The position numbers and the translations under genes are program-made. Shown here piece by piece: positions 19,328 through 29,114 of a DNA stretch of 44,067 nt. Source of the stretch: Phycisphaerales bacterium (GTDB lineage: Bacteria; Planctomycetota; Phycisphaerae; WQYP01). How positions within the stretch are numbered: position 1 is the stretch's first letter; each line of letters opens with the position of its first letter. Location of the stretch: contig DAIDJN010000076.1 of the NCBI GenBank assembly GCA_027451365.1, positions 1 through 44,067 on the forward strand, in the 5' to 3' direction. The notes beneath the pieces were generated by a model. The model did no database searches and was not told the origin of the DNA. It saw nothing but the letters and a program-made list of their open reading frames with translations.

Positions 19328-19693
19328 TTGACACACTGGTATCTAATCGCGTTCGTTATTGGAGCTGTGCTGGCCCTGGCGATAATTAAGCGTGCTGGAC
19401 TTGTATCAGCAGCAAAAGCCCGAATTCTTTTGCAGCGGAATTCCCGTGTGGTGGATGTACGCACGCCGCAAGAATTCAACGCCCGACGACTGCCCGGCGC
19501 GGTCAATATTCCCGTTGACCAGCTTGCCACGCAGGCCCCAAAACACTTTCCGGACCTTCAGCAGATCATTTTGCTGCACTGCCTGAGCGGCACTCGGAGC
19601 GCGATGGCCAGATCGCATTTACGACGAATGGGTTACACCAATGTTTATAACCTCGGTTCCTTTGCGCGGGCAAAAAGAATACTGGAAGGGTAG
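19328..19693 (+). CDS. Membrane-anchored rhodanese-like protein
   Basis: N-terminal TM helix, VVDVRTPQEF, LPGAVNIP, active-site loop CLSGTRS, GYTNVYNLG. TTG start abuts the upstream stop. Confidence 0.88.
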   Translation: MTHWYLIAFVIGAVLALAIIKRAGLVSAAKARILLQRNSRVVDVRTPQEFNARRLPGAVNIPVDQLATQAPKHFPDLQQIILLHCLSGTRSAMARSHLRRMGYTNVYNLGSFARAKRILEG

Positions 19694-19871
19694 ACCGCCG
19701 CAAAACGTGCTGCCGGTTACGGCGTTTAACCGGGACTGAATTTCAAGCTGTCTTTCAGCGGGCGCCTGGGGCTTTGTATCGTCCGTCCGCTTGTTGAACC
19801 AATTATTTTTTCGCACCACTTTGCGCCGCGCCCGGAATCGGTTATCTTTCCTTGTCCTATGAGGTTCTTCC

Positions 19872-21641
19872 ATGACAGATGGTTCCAATCCTGATTTACT
19901 CGCATCCCTGAGCAACAGTTCCCACGAAACCGAATTCTACACCCCATTTCCCAAAGGTTACCAGAAGGGCAAAACCAAATTCGTGGTCGTACTGGGCACG
20001 GTCATGAGCGGACTGGGCAAAGGCATTTTCAGTTCCAGCCTGGCCAAAATTCTTAAGGATAAAGGCCTGCGCGTCGCTCCCATCAAAATGGAAGGCTATC
20101 TGAATATTGATTCAGGAACGCTTAATCCGTTCCGCCATGGCGAAGTATTTGTCCTGGATGACGGAATGGAAACCGACATGGACCTGGGCACCTACGAACG
20201 CATGCTGGATGAAAATCTCTCCCGTAAAAACTTTACCACCAGCGGTCAGATATTCACCCGCATACTGGACCGCGAACGCCTCGGCCAATATCTGGGCCGC
20301 GATGTCCAGATGATTCCCCATGTCACTGGCGAGGTCAAACATTCCCTGCGCGAACTGGCCATGGCGTCGAATGCCGATGTTGTATTTGTGGAGGTGGGCG
20401 GCACCGTCGGGGATCACGAAAACGGCTATTTCATTGAAGCAATTCGAGAACTTGCCTATGAAGAAGGCGAACACAGCGTGTGTGTGGTTGCGCTGACCTA
20501 TATTATGGAACCCCAAAGCCTTGGCGAACAGAAATCCAAAGCCGCCCAGTTGGGCCTTAAACAGGTGATGCAGGCCGGCCTTCAGCCGCACATTATCGGT
20601 TGCCGCTGCCCCACACCGGTCACCGATAAAGTCCGCGAAAAAATTTCCATGTTCAGCAATGTCTCTTTCCGCCGCGTTTTTTCCATGCACGATGTGGAAA
20701 GCATTTACATGGTGCCCGAAATGCTGCACGACGCCGGCCTGGACCGGGAAGTGCTGACCCTGCTGAACCTGCATGAACGGGTGAACCAGCGTTCGGAGGA
20801 TCAGGCCCGGCGTAAATGGCAGGGCTTTGTGGACCGCATGTTGGCCCCACGCGATAAATCGGTCAATATTGCCGTAACCGGAAAGTACGCCTCCCTGCGT
20901 GACGCCTATGCCAGCATTGACAAGGCCCTGGAACACAGCGGCGTGCACGCCCAGTGCCGGGTCAACATTCAATGGCTGGACACCACCGAAATTAATTCCC
21001 GAAATGTGGCTGAAATTTTGCGCGGTGCCCACGGCGTGATTGTGCCCGGCGGATTCGGGGCGCGTGGTGCCGAAGGCAAAATTGAGTGCGTCCGGTTTGT
21101 ACGCGAAAACCATATTCCGTTCCTCGGAATCTGCCTGGGTTTCCAGATGGCGGTTATTGAGTACGCCCGCAACGTCTGTGGTCTGCAGGGCGCCAATTCC
21201 ACGGAATTTGATCCCAATTGCCCCCACCCGGTTATTGACATTCTGCCTGAGCAGAAAAAAATTGAGGGGCTGGGCGGCAACATGCGCCTCGGTGGCAAAG
21301 ATGTGATCCTGCAGACAGATTCCGGAATAAGCCGCCTGTACAACGGTGCCCGCCAGATTCGCCTTCGCTTCCGCCACCGTTATGAAGTCGAACCACGATA
21401 CATTTCCCGCCTGGAAGAACACGGCCTTATTTTCGGTGGCCACGCGCCCAATCAGCCGATTATGCAGATGCTGGAACTGCCCGCCCACATTCATCCCTAT
21501 TTCTTTGGAACGCAGGCCCATCCCTGCCTGACCAGCCGTCCACTTTCACCCGATGCAATGTTCCTGGGCTTGGTCACCGCAGCCCTTCGCCGCGCAGCAC
21601 CCGATGAACTCTTTGAATCGACCCGCGCAGAAAAAATTTAA
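19872..21641 (+). CDS. pyrG: CTP synthase
   Basis: VMSGLGKG, LNPFRHGEVFVLDDGMETDMDLGTYER, VQMIPHVT, EVGGTVGD, VPGGFGARG, GICLGFQ, RHRYEV; QAHPC replaces the usual QxHPE. Confidence 0.96.
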   Translation: MTDGSNPDLLASLSNSSHETEFYTPFPKGYQKGKTKFVVVLGTVMSGLGKGIFSSSLAKILKDKGLRVAPIKMEGYLNIDSGTLNPFRHGEVFVLDDGMETDMDLGTYERMLDENLSRKNFTTSGQIFTRILDRERLGQYLGRDVQMIPHVTGEVKHSLRELAMASNADVVFVEVGGTVGDHENGYFIEAIRELAYEEGEHSVCVVALTYIMEPQSLGEQKSKAAQLGLKQVMQAGLQPHIIGCRCPTPVTDKVREKISMFSNVSFRRVFSMHDVESIYMVPEMLHDAGLDREVLTLLNLHERVNQRSEDQARRKWQGFVDRMLAPRDKSVNIAVTGKYASLRDAYASIDKALEHSGVHAQCRVNIQWLDTTEINSRNVAEILRGAHGVIVPGGFGARGAEGKIECVRFVRENHIPFLGICLGFQMAVIEYARNVCGLQGANSTEFDPNCPHPVIDILPEQKKIEGLGGNMRLGGKDVILQTDSGISRLYNGARQIRLRFRHRYEVEPRYISRLEEHGLIFGGHAPNQPIMQMLELPAHIHPYFFGTQAHPCLTSRPLSPDAMFLGLVTAALRRAAPDELFESTRAEKI

Positions 21642-21796
21642 CCGCCGCGAAGACCCATCGCAAAAACGACTGATTCACAATGTGGAACGGGGCGAATGAC
21701 CCCTTGAATGGAATCTCATTGCAGCCGACAATCCCACAAGGGCAATGTCGCCACGGAATTCGCGTTGGTGAATCAGAATCAAGATTTGGAAGCTAG

Positions 21797-23725
21797 ATGG
21801 TCGAAACGACAAATCAAACTGGGCATTTAGACACGCCGCTATTGCAGGATTTTCCGCCGCTGATGCGGAATCGAAATTTTATTCTGCTCTGGCTGGGCTA
21901 TGTGGTCTCGGCATTGGCGGACCGCGTGCACTGGCTGGTCATGCTGACGCTATTGTGCACCATCGTGCTGGGCATGAAAGGGCTTGGTTCCCAGCAGACG
22001 GCGCAGTTGAATCTGGCCATGTTTGTGCCGTTTCTGATTTTGGCTCCTCTCGGCGGCCTTATTTCAGATCGCCTGCCGCGCCGCACGGTTATGATCGTCG
22101 GCGATCTGGTTCGCCTGCTTATTGTGCTGGTCGCGCGAACCGTGTTGCTGCATGGGGCCCGCTCGCACAGCCTTGGCGTGGATACTCTGCTGTGGCTGGT
22201 ATTCGGATCAGAAATTATACTATCATCCGTAGGCGAAATTTTTTACGTGGCACGGGCCGCCATTCTTCCCAATCTCGTCCATCCGCGGCAACTGCTGCAG
22301 GCCAACGCCATGATCAGCGCCGCGGGCACCATTTTTTCCCTTATCGGTTTTATTCTGGGCGATATGCTGATTAAATGGAGGCTGGATTATGCCATGTATG
22401 TGGATGGTGCCGCGTTCCTGTTATCCGCCCTGTGCATGATGGCCATGCGTCTGGCGCGTGGTGCGGATATTTCACAGTCGGCCAGTGCGTCGACCGGGCT
22501 GATTTCCGAGGCGAAAATCGGCGTCCGCTATCTGAAAAGCCATAGCCGTCCGTTTCAGGTTATCGGCCTGGAAATGATATTTTTTTCCATCAGCGCAGTG
22601 GTCTTTAACGCGTTACCAGGACTACTGACCGGAAAATTTCACCTGCCGCAGAGCGATTTTGGCATTTTCATGGGCATGGCGGGCCTGGGCATGGTGGCCG
22701 GGGCGATGGCCATCAGCCGCGCCAAGCAGGGTATCCCCAAGGAAATCGGCATTGCCTGGGCCACCGTTCTGGTGGGTGCCGGCCTGCTGTTGGCCTCGTT
22801 TTGTGCACAATGGCAGAGCATGCTGGCCAGCCTTATCGTGGGATCTTTCTTTGCGGCCATCATGTTTATCAGCGTCGACACCCTGCTGCAGCGCGTGGTG
22901 CCAGATTACATTCGCGGCAGGGTGATGGCAGTGCGCGACATGCTGACAACATCCGGCCTGATCGTCATGACTGTGCCCATCACACTGTGGCCAAATGCCA
23001 ATGCATATACGCATGTTCTTTTATTGTGTGTCGCAATCATTACCGCACTGCTCGGACTGGGCCTTGTGGCCATTTATTACAAACGCCAACCGCTGCCACT
23101 GGCATCCGCGATCGCCCGCAGATTGGCCGGCGCCTATATGATCATCTGGCACCGCTGGCGGATGATCGGGGCATGTCGCATTCCAGCGAGCGGGCCGGTG
23201 CTGGTGGTGGCCAATCACACCAGCGAGCTGGATGCACTGATTTTGGCAGTTTCCAGCCGGCAGCGTCTGGTTCATTTTTTTGTCGCACAACACTATTTTG
23301 ATCTTCCGCTGATTCCCGGCTTTCTTCGCGCGCTGGGCGCTATTCCCATTCTTGAAGGCCCCGGACAATTCCTGACACTCCGGCGGACCATTCGACTTCT
23401 GAAAGCCGGAAATGTGGTCGCAATGATTGCACCTTCGGCGGCCGCATCCGCCGCCCAAACGCTGCGGATCAATCGCGCAATCGCCCTGGTGGCAAGCCGC
23501 AGCGGAGCTGTCCTGGTGCCAGCCTGGCTGGGCGACCACGAGCAGCAGGACAATATGCGCCGCGACGTGCTGGGCCGTCGGCGCGCCACCATCAGATATG
23601 GAATGCCGATTCAGAGCGGATCCTCCGACGGATTTAGCCATTCGCCGATGGATTGGGAACCGATGATCAGCCAGATAACAAGCGCCATTGACCGACTGCG
23701 GCAGCACAGCGGCCAATTGAAATAA
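21797..23725 (+). CDS. MFS transporter fused to a C-terminal PlsC-like acyltransferase domain
   Basis: RNRNFILLWLG, GGLISDRLPRR and about 12 TMs, followed by IPASGPVLVVANHTSELD (HxxxxD), GAIP and LVPAWL. Confidence 0.88.
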   Translation: MVETTNQTGHLDTPLLQDFPPLMRNRNFILLWLGYVVSALADRVHWLVMLTLLCTIVLGMKGLGSQQTAQLNLAMFVPFLILAPLGGLISDRLPRRTVMIVGDLVRLLIVLVARTVLLHGARSHSLGVDTLLWLVFGSEIILSSVGEIFYVARAAILPNLVHPRQLLQANAMISAAGTIFSLIGFILGDMLIKWRLDYAMYVDGAAFLLSALCMMAMRLARGADISQSASASTGLISEAKIGVRYLKSHSRPFQVIGLEMIFFSISAVVFNALPGLLTGKFHLPQSDFGIFMGMAGLGMVAGAMAISRAKQGIPKEIGIAWATVLVGAGLLLASFCAQWQSMLASLIVGSFFAAIMFISVDTLLQRVVPDYIRGRVMAVRDMLTTSGLIVMTVPITLWPNANAYTHVLLLCVAIITALLGLGLVAIYYKRQPLPLASAIARRLAGAYMIIWHRWRMIGACRIPASGPVLVVANHTSELDALILAVSSRQRLVHFFVAQHYFDLPLIPGFLRALGAIPILEGPGQFLTLRRTIRLLKAGNVVAMIAPSAAASAAQTLRINRAIALVASRSGAVLVPAWLGDHEQQDNMRRDVLGRRRATIRYGMPIQSGSSDGFSHSPMDWEPMISQITSAIDRLRQHSGQLK

Positions 23726-23864
23726 TTAATTCCGTCCAACTGGCTCCCCAGGCGAAATGGATTGCCACACAAATTGCGAATTCATTTGATTATGAGGCGC
23801 GTATCGGGAACGCCAGGCAAAATCTGACGGGCCTTTTTGGGCCGGGAATATTTGTATATGGCAT

Positions 23865-23904
23865 AAAAAAAAAGATGCGACCCGCTTATTGTGCGGGTCA
23901 CATC
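23865..23904 (-). terminator. Rho-independent terminator of the TlpA-like gene
   Basis: Minus strand GATGTGACCCGC-ACAATAA-GCGGGTCGCATC followed by a T9 run. Confidence 0.85.
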
Positions 23905-23941
23905 CCAGGGAGAGTTTGACCATATTCGCGTTGCGGGCCGG

Positions 23942-25129
23942 TTACTGAATGCCCGCTGGTGGCGGCACCGGTTTGCCTTTCAACAATGCCATAATATCGG
24001 CCTTCACGTGGGCGGGATCCTCACCGACCACAATATCCCGCAAGATACCTTTGCGATCAACAATAAACTGCGAAGGAATCGCATTGACACCATTCGCCAT
24101 TGAAAGCTTGTTCCAAGAGTGCTGGTTTTTTCCGAATAACTGTGGCCACACCATTTTGGGATTGGCCTTGAGGAAGTTCACCAGTGCACTCCGATGGTAA
24201 TCATTGGAGATGCCGACAACATTAAACCCTTTGGCGTGATATTTATCGTACAGACGAATCACGTGGGGCAGGCTTCCGCGGCATGGGGGGCACCAGGTCG
24301 CCCAGAAATCCACCAGTACAACCTTGCCCTTCCACTTGGAAAGCTTGAAGGTTTTTCCGTCCAGCAGTCGACCGGTCAGCGCGAACGGCTTGCCGATTTT
24401 TGCATTCATGGCCGCCTGCTGATTGTCCTGCTGGGCGATCTGCTGGGCCATCTGACCATTCAGGTCTTTGTCAATAATTTTCCGGGCGCGATGGCTCAGG
24501 GCGGAATCAGCGGCACCCGCCCCTTGAGACATTCCATACAGCATCATCGCCAGGCTGTCACTGGTCGGATTGGCCTTAGCCAGGGATTCATATTGATCAA
24601 GTATTTTGGATTGCGCGGCAGCATTCTTGCGGTTGTGCCACCATTGAATCTGGAGATCGGCATAATGAGCCTGCCGCATAGTGGACGGATTAGAGGATTT
24701 TTCCGCCTGGGAAATTTGTTTCGCCGCTGTTTTGTCCCCTATTAAGGCCAACAGCCCCAGATAATGATATTTCAGGCTCGCAACCATTTGAGCGGATTTC
24801 GGATACTGGGCACTGAAATGATCGGCCTGGTTGACAATGTCCCGAAAAATCGGGATCACTTTCGGCGCATATTTGGCCTGAAAGGCCGCATCAGTAATCA
24901 ACTGACTCGGGCTGTGGTGGCCGATGATCGCATCCATTTTGGCGGCATCTTTCTGCATCGCCGCCTGCAGGACTTTAACACCCTGCATCACATCCATCGG
25001 GTTTGCCGCCACGGGCCCGGCCGCCGCGCCGCCGGCTGCGGCCATGGTCAGTGGAATAGCCAGCATTGCCGCCCCCCCAACACATGCTCCAACTGCCGCA
25101 GCAGTTATTTTCCTTTTCCAGTTCATCAC
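23942..25129 (-). CDS. Exported TlpA/ResA-family thiol-disulfide oxidoreductase with helical N-domain
   Basis: Signal-like N-terminus; KGKVVLVDFWATWCPPC, GISND, cis-Pro loop AIPSQFIVDRKG; upstream AGGAGA. Confidence 0.9.
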   Translation of the reverse strand: MMNWKRKITAAAVGACVGGAAMLAIPLTMAAAGGAAAGPVAANPMDVMQGVKVLQAAMQKDAAKMDAIIGHHSPSQLITDAAFQAKYAPKVIPIFRDIVNQADHFSAQYPKSAQMVASLKYHYLGLLALIGDKTAAKQISQAEKSSNPSTMRQAHYADLQIQWWHNRKNAAAQSKILDQYESLAKANPTSDSLAMMLYGMSQGAGAADSALSHRARKIIDKDLNGQMAQQIAQQDNQQAAMNAKIGKPFALTGRLLDGKTFKLSKWKGKVVLVDFWATWCPPCRGSLPHVIRLYDKYHAKGFNVVGISNDYHRSALVNFLKANPKMVWPQLFGKNQHSWNKLSMANGVNAIPSQFIVDRKGILRDIVVGEDPAHVKADIMALLKGKPVPPPAGIQ

Positions 25130-25302
25130 GATTCTCCTTGTTGACAGTTATGCGGCAGGACATGCACAGCAGGCGTGAAGTCAACTCCGCAGTTCTTATC
25201 TGATATTAGTTGCCGTACGGCCGGCCAAACTTACATTATTTTTCCGAATTCTGGCAAAATTTTATTCAAACGGCCATCAAAATACTTAAATAGCCACTCA
25301 AT

Positions 25303-26817
25303 TCACGCCAGCGGTCGGGCGATGGTTTGTGGCCGTAAGTAGTCATTAAACGTTTCCGGGCTGTTCACACCCCCACCCATTCCGCTTAAATTCGTTCCCC
25401 CATAGGGCAGGCCGTAGGCGAACACGTTGTGTGCGTTAATCCAACTGTTTCCAGCCACCATACGGTCGGCAACGCGGGCGGCCCGCTGTAAATCGGCCGA
25501 CCAGACGCTATTGGCCAGACCATAAGAAAGCCGATTGACCTCGGCGATCGCGGCGGATTCGTCGCTGAATTTCAGAATAAATGCGCTGGGGCCGAAAATT
25601 TCCTCACGACAACAGATATTCGTGCTGTCGCCGGCCAGTAGACTCGGCCCCACATAAAAGCCACCTTCATAGCCGGCCACATGCGGCATTTGCCCATCCA
25701 GCAGCACCGTAGCCCCCTGCTGCCTTCCCTGTTCCAAATAGCGGGCCACACGCTGCCGCTGGACCTCGCTGACTAATGGCCCCATTTGTGTTCGCCGGTC
25801 CAGAGCGGGGCCAACGCGAACAGCCTTCAGAGCTGCGGCCGCCGAATGCACAAACTGTTCATAAATTTTTTCATGTACGATCCATCGCGTCGCCGTGCAG
25901 CAGACTTGTCCGGTGTTCAGCGTAATGGCCGCCGCCAACTGACCAGCCGCCTGCGCCACATCCACATCGTCAAACACCACTGCAGCGCCCTTGCCACCAA
26001 GTTCGAGTTTGCAAGGCGTAAGATTGCGGCCACAGACTTCACTGACCATTTTGCCAACAGTTGGCGAACCGGTGAAACTCATGCGCTTAATCAGCGGATG
26101 GGCGGTAAGGGCAGTACCGGCCACGCTGCCGGCACCATTGACGACATTCAACACGCCCGGCGGAAAGCCGATCTGTTGAGCCAGTTCACATACATAAAGT
26201 GTGCTTAACGGTGTGACTTCCGACGGCTTTACCACCACGGTATTGCCTGCGGCCAAGGCTGGCATGACACCCCACATAAGCAGGTCAAATGGGAAATTCC
26301 ATGGAAAAATGAAGCCGCAAACGCCGTACGGAACCCGATGTGTGCGGGCTTCAATATTTTTCACCGCAAGGGGTATTTCGTAGCGGGCTTGAACCGAAAG
26401 GTCCGCATAATAGCGAATACATTGTACGCCAAACGGTATATCAAAACCTTCCGCATTTACGATCGCCTTGCCGACATCCAGCGATTCAAGCTGCGCAAGT
26501 TCGGCCGTATTTTTTTCCAGCACATCCGCCAGCCTGTGCAGAAGTACGGCCCGTTCAGCCGGTGCCCTTCCGGCCCAATCGGCAAACGCCTTATGCGCTG
26601 CGGCCACCGCCGCGTCCACATCCTTTTGCTGCCCCATGGCAACCTGTGTCAGAACGCGACCGTCAGATGGATTCAGCACGTCAGCCATGGCACCATCGGA
26701 ACTGGCGATCCAATGGCCGCCAATAAAATGCCGCAACGGCTTTCGCAGAAACTGCCGTACCGCGGGCGCTATTTCACTGTTCCCAGCCAATTCAGATGAC
26801 TCCAAAACCTGTGGCAT
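25303..26817 (-). CDS. NAD(P)-dependent aldehyde dehydrogenase
   Basis: FPWNFP, VVKPSE, FTGSPTVG, LELGGK (catalytic Glu), GQVCC (catalytic Cys), EEIFGP, YGLANSVWS. Confidence 0.95.
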   Translation of the reverse strand: MPQVLESSELAGNSEIAPAVRQFLRKPLRHFIGGHWIASSDGAMADVLNPSDGRVLTQVAMGQQKDVDAAVAAAHKAFADWAGRAPAERAVLLHRLADVLEKNTAELAQLESLDVGKAIVNAEGFDIPFGVQCIRYYADLSVQARYEIPLAVKNIEARTHRVPYGVCGFIFPWNFPFDLLMWGVMPALAAGNTVVVKPSEVTPLSTLYVCELAQQIGFPPGVLNVVNGAGSVAGTALTAHPLIKRMSFTGSPTVGKMVSEVCGRNLTPCKLELGGKGAAVVFDDVDVAQAAGQLAAAITLNTGQVCCTATRWIVHEKIYEQFVHSAAAALKAVRVGPALDRRTQMGPLVSEVQRQRVARYLEQGRQQGATVLLDGQMPHVAGYEGGFYVGPSLLAGDSTNICCREEIFGPSAFILKFSDESAAIAEVNRLSYGLANSVWSADLQRAARVADRMVAGNSWINAHNVFAYGLPYGGTNLSGMGGGVNSPETFNDYLRPQTIARPLA

Positions 26818-27173
26818 GGCGGCAACCTTTCTAAATAATAACGGACCAGAGCAGTAATCAGGCTTGGATTATACCGCACGCGGGTCGTACCATATAGCCC
26901 AATGCCGACTGCGGCAAAATACTGCTGGATGTATACGCCATGTGGATATGCGCTGATTTTTGTGGCGGCGTCAATTTCAGGTCGGTGACATCCGCTGGTT
27001 ACGAAAAATCAAAAAGACGCTAAAACCTTAGTCCGCTATTTCCCCGTTATAATCCTGAGCCTTCACCGGCTGATAGCACAGCCAACTTTAACAATCTTGG
27101 CAATGTGAGAATCGCCGTCGCGGTCGCTCCTTGGTATCCGCGCATAAACGTGCCAACAGGGTAAAATATTCGT

Positions 27174-28076
27174 ATGCGGATTACCCTGGTTCATGCTGGC
27201 GCTCTTGGAGACACTGTCTTGCTTGCGCCATTGTTGCGAAGCCTTCAGGCGCGGTGGCCGCGGTGCCGCCGCACGGTGGTCATGCGGGCTGAATTCGGCA
27301 GGATGCTGGTACGCATGAAACTTGCCGAGGCATGGGCGGACGGGGATTCCGTGGATCACGCTCGCTGGTTTGCCTGGCACGAAACAGGCAGCGGCCAAGG
27401 CGAACTGGTCCCCGTTCCGGAATGGGCCAATTGCGACTTGCTGATCAGTGCTGTTGGAAACGGAGAGGATGCCTGGTCCAAGAATGCCCACCTAGCGTCT
27501 GATGCGGAAATCCATTTTTTTCAACCCCGTCCGCTATCGGAAAACGTCTTGAGTGTTCCGGAATTTCACCGGCGGCAACTGGTGGCATTGCACTTGCCGC
27601 CGGACCCCATTCCACCCGCGCGTGCAACAGGAACCGGTCCAATCATTCTGGCCCCGGGTGCGGGCAGCCGACACAAATGCCTTCCGATAACGCATTTCAT
27701 CGCCTTGGCCAGAGAGGTAAGAGAGTCTGGTCATCAAGTCGCATTTATGCTTGGCCCAGTGGAGTGGGAAAAATTTTCGTCGGTCGAAATCGCCGACCTG
27801 AGGAATAAATTTAATATTTATAAATGCGAAACTCCTGACCATTTACTTGATCTTTTTGAATCTTCAGCCGGTTTTATCGGCAATGACAGCGGTCCGGGCC
27901 ATGTTGCAGCGGCTATAGGCTTGCCAACCCTGACCCTTTTTTCCGCGGGAGATCCGCGGCAATGGTCACCAATTGGTCCGCGGGTTCGGGTGGTTGCCGG
28001 ACCGACGGCGGACAGCCTGCTGCTGGCGGCGAAAAATCAGCTCCCGTGGCTACTCGCAGAGGGGCAACAGGCGTAA
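27174..28076 (+). CDS. Glycosyltransferase family 9 (heptosyltransferase-like)
   Basis: GALGDTVL, ILAPGAGSRHKC, GPVE, FIGNDSGPGHVAAAIGLPTLTLF, WSP. Confidence 0.9.
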   Translation: MRITLVHAGALGDTVLLAPLLRSLQARWPRCRRTVVMRAEFGRMLVRMKLAEAWADGDSVDHARWFAWHETGSGQGELVPVPEWANCDLLISAVGNGEDAWSKNAHLASDAEIHFFQPRPLSENVLSVPEFHRRQLVALHLPPDPIPPARATGTGPIILAPGAGSRHKCLPITHFIALAREVRESGHQVAFMLGPVEWEKFSSVEIADLRNKFNIYKCETPDHLLDLFESSAGFIGNDSGPGHVAAAIGLPTLTLFSAGDPRQWSPIGPRVRVVAGPTADSLLLAAKNQLPWLLAEGQQA

Positions 28077-28263
28077 CATAACATCAGACGGCTGGAGATT
28101 TTTCGGGCTGATAATCCGGACAGCAAAAGTAGTTTGCCTGTCCGCCTCAGGCAGTACCCGCAAAATTGCCTTGGCACCCGCGCATTGGCGGCCCGGCGTG
28201 CCGCAAGGGTATGGCGCCAATCGCAATGCGAACCGGCGACGAAATTCGAAAGAGGATGCAGGT

Positions 28264-28944
28264 ATGCAATCATTCGGCCATAAACGAAAAAACAAAGGGT
28301 TCACCCTGGTTGAAATGCTGGTGGTGATTCTGATCATCTTCATTTTAATCGGTATCGCGCTGGCCGTGGGCATGCAAGTGCAGGCGAATTCCCAGATTCA
28401 ATTAACCAAAATGGAACTGCGCAATTTGCAGTCCGCTTTAGATTGGTATCATCATAAAACGGGTGTGTATCCGGACAACATGGAGGATTTTCTGGCAGCC
28501 TATCAGCGCATGCATGCGTATCAGATTACCGGCGGCGGCTGGCAGATACACTCCAATGTGCTGTCCCAGTTGCCCGCACAAAATGTGGTCACCAGTACCT
28601 TTGCCGCTCCGAATGGAAGTTCCAATATGACCGGCGTATGCGAAGTTCTAGACGGCTTTGGCGATCCGATTCAGTATTGCCCACCACCAACGCCGGCAAA
28701 TTCAACCGGAGGCACGGCGCTGTGGCCGGTCAATAGCGGCAGTTTCACAATATTTACAACGCCTGTCAGCGCCGTATTTGTGCTCACAAACGGAACCGTC
28801 AACGGCTCAAGCTATACGCTGCCAGCCGCGAGTTCAAATGGCCATGGTGCCTTCTTTTACAGCTTGGGAACCCAATATAATACAAGTGGAACCTACAGCG
28901 CGCAATTAACCACTTCCGATTATATGTACAGCTACGCGCCATAA
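28264..28944 (+). CDS. Prepilin-type (type IV pilin/T2SS pseudopilin) protein
   Basis: Basic leader then KG|FTLVEMLVVILII (class III signal with Glu+5), GspG-like ALDWYHHKTGVYP and DGFGDPIQY. ATG at 28264 has an upstream AGAGGA. Confidence 0.9.
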   Translation: MQSFGHKRKNKGFTLVEMLVVILIIFILIGIALAVGMQVQANSQIQLTKMELRNLQSALDWYHHKTGVYPDNMEDFLAAYQRMHAYQITGGGWQIHSNVLSQLPAQNVVTSTFAAPNGSSNMTGVCEVLDGFGDPIQYCPPPTPANSTGGTALWPVNSGSFTIFTTPVSAVFVLTNGTVNGSSYTLPAASSNGHGAFFYSLGTQYNTSGTYSAQLTTSDYMYSYAP

Positions 28945-29076
28945 AAAAGCACGTCATCCACAAGAATCGGCCGCAGCGGCAGCGCCGGTTCGACCGATTC
29001 GCGCGCCGGCGACGACTTCCCGATTGACGATAAAAGCCGGTCCTTCAACGGGTACAAAAACAGGTAATTGCGCCCT

Positions 29077-29104
29077 TTGCGAAACACCCGGTTCAGATTA
29101 CAAT
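29077..29104 (+). promoter_or_regulatory. Putative sigma70 promoter of the hicB-hicA-like pair
   Basis: TTGCGA-N16-TACAAT ending 10 nt before the ATG at 29115; no SD, implying a nearly leaderless mRNA. Confidence 0.45.
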
Positions 29105-29114
29105 GATTTAGGTC

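Noticed and set aside
20112..21521. Long antisense ORFs (also 6660-7751, 16780-17613, 39939-41264)
   Set aside because: They lie opposite well-supported genes and have no motifs; these are typical shadow frames in GC-rich coding DNA.
27141..27156. sigma54-like TTGGCACGTTTATGCG on the minus strand, upstream of the aldehyde dehydrogenase
   Set aside because: GG-to-GC spacing is 9 nt rather than the required 10.
27973..28263. 97-aa N-terminal extension of the pilin ORF
   Set aside because: It overlaps the GT9 gene; the ATG at 28264 has an SD and gives a normal short prepilin leader.
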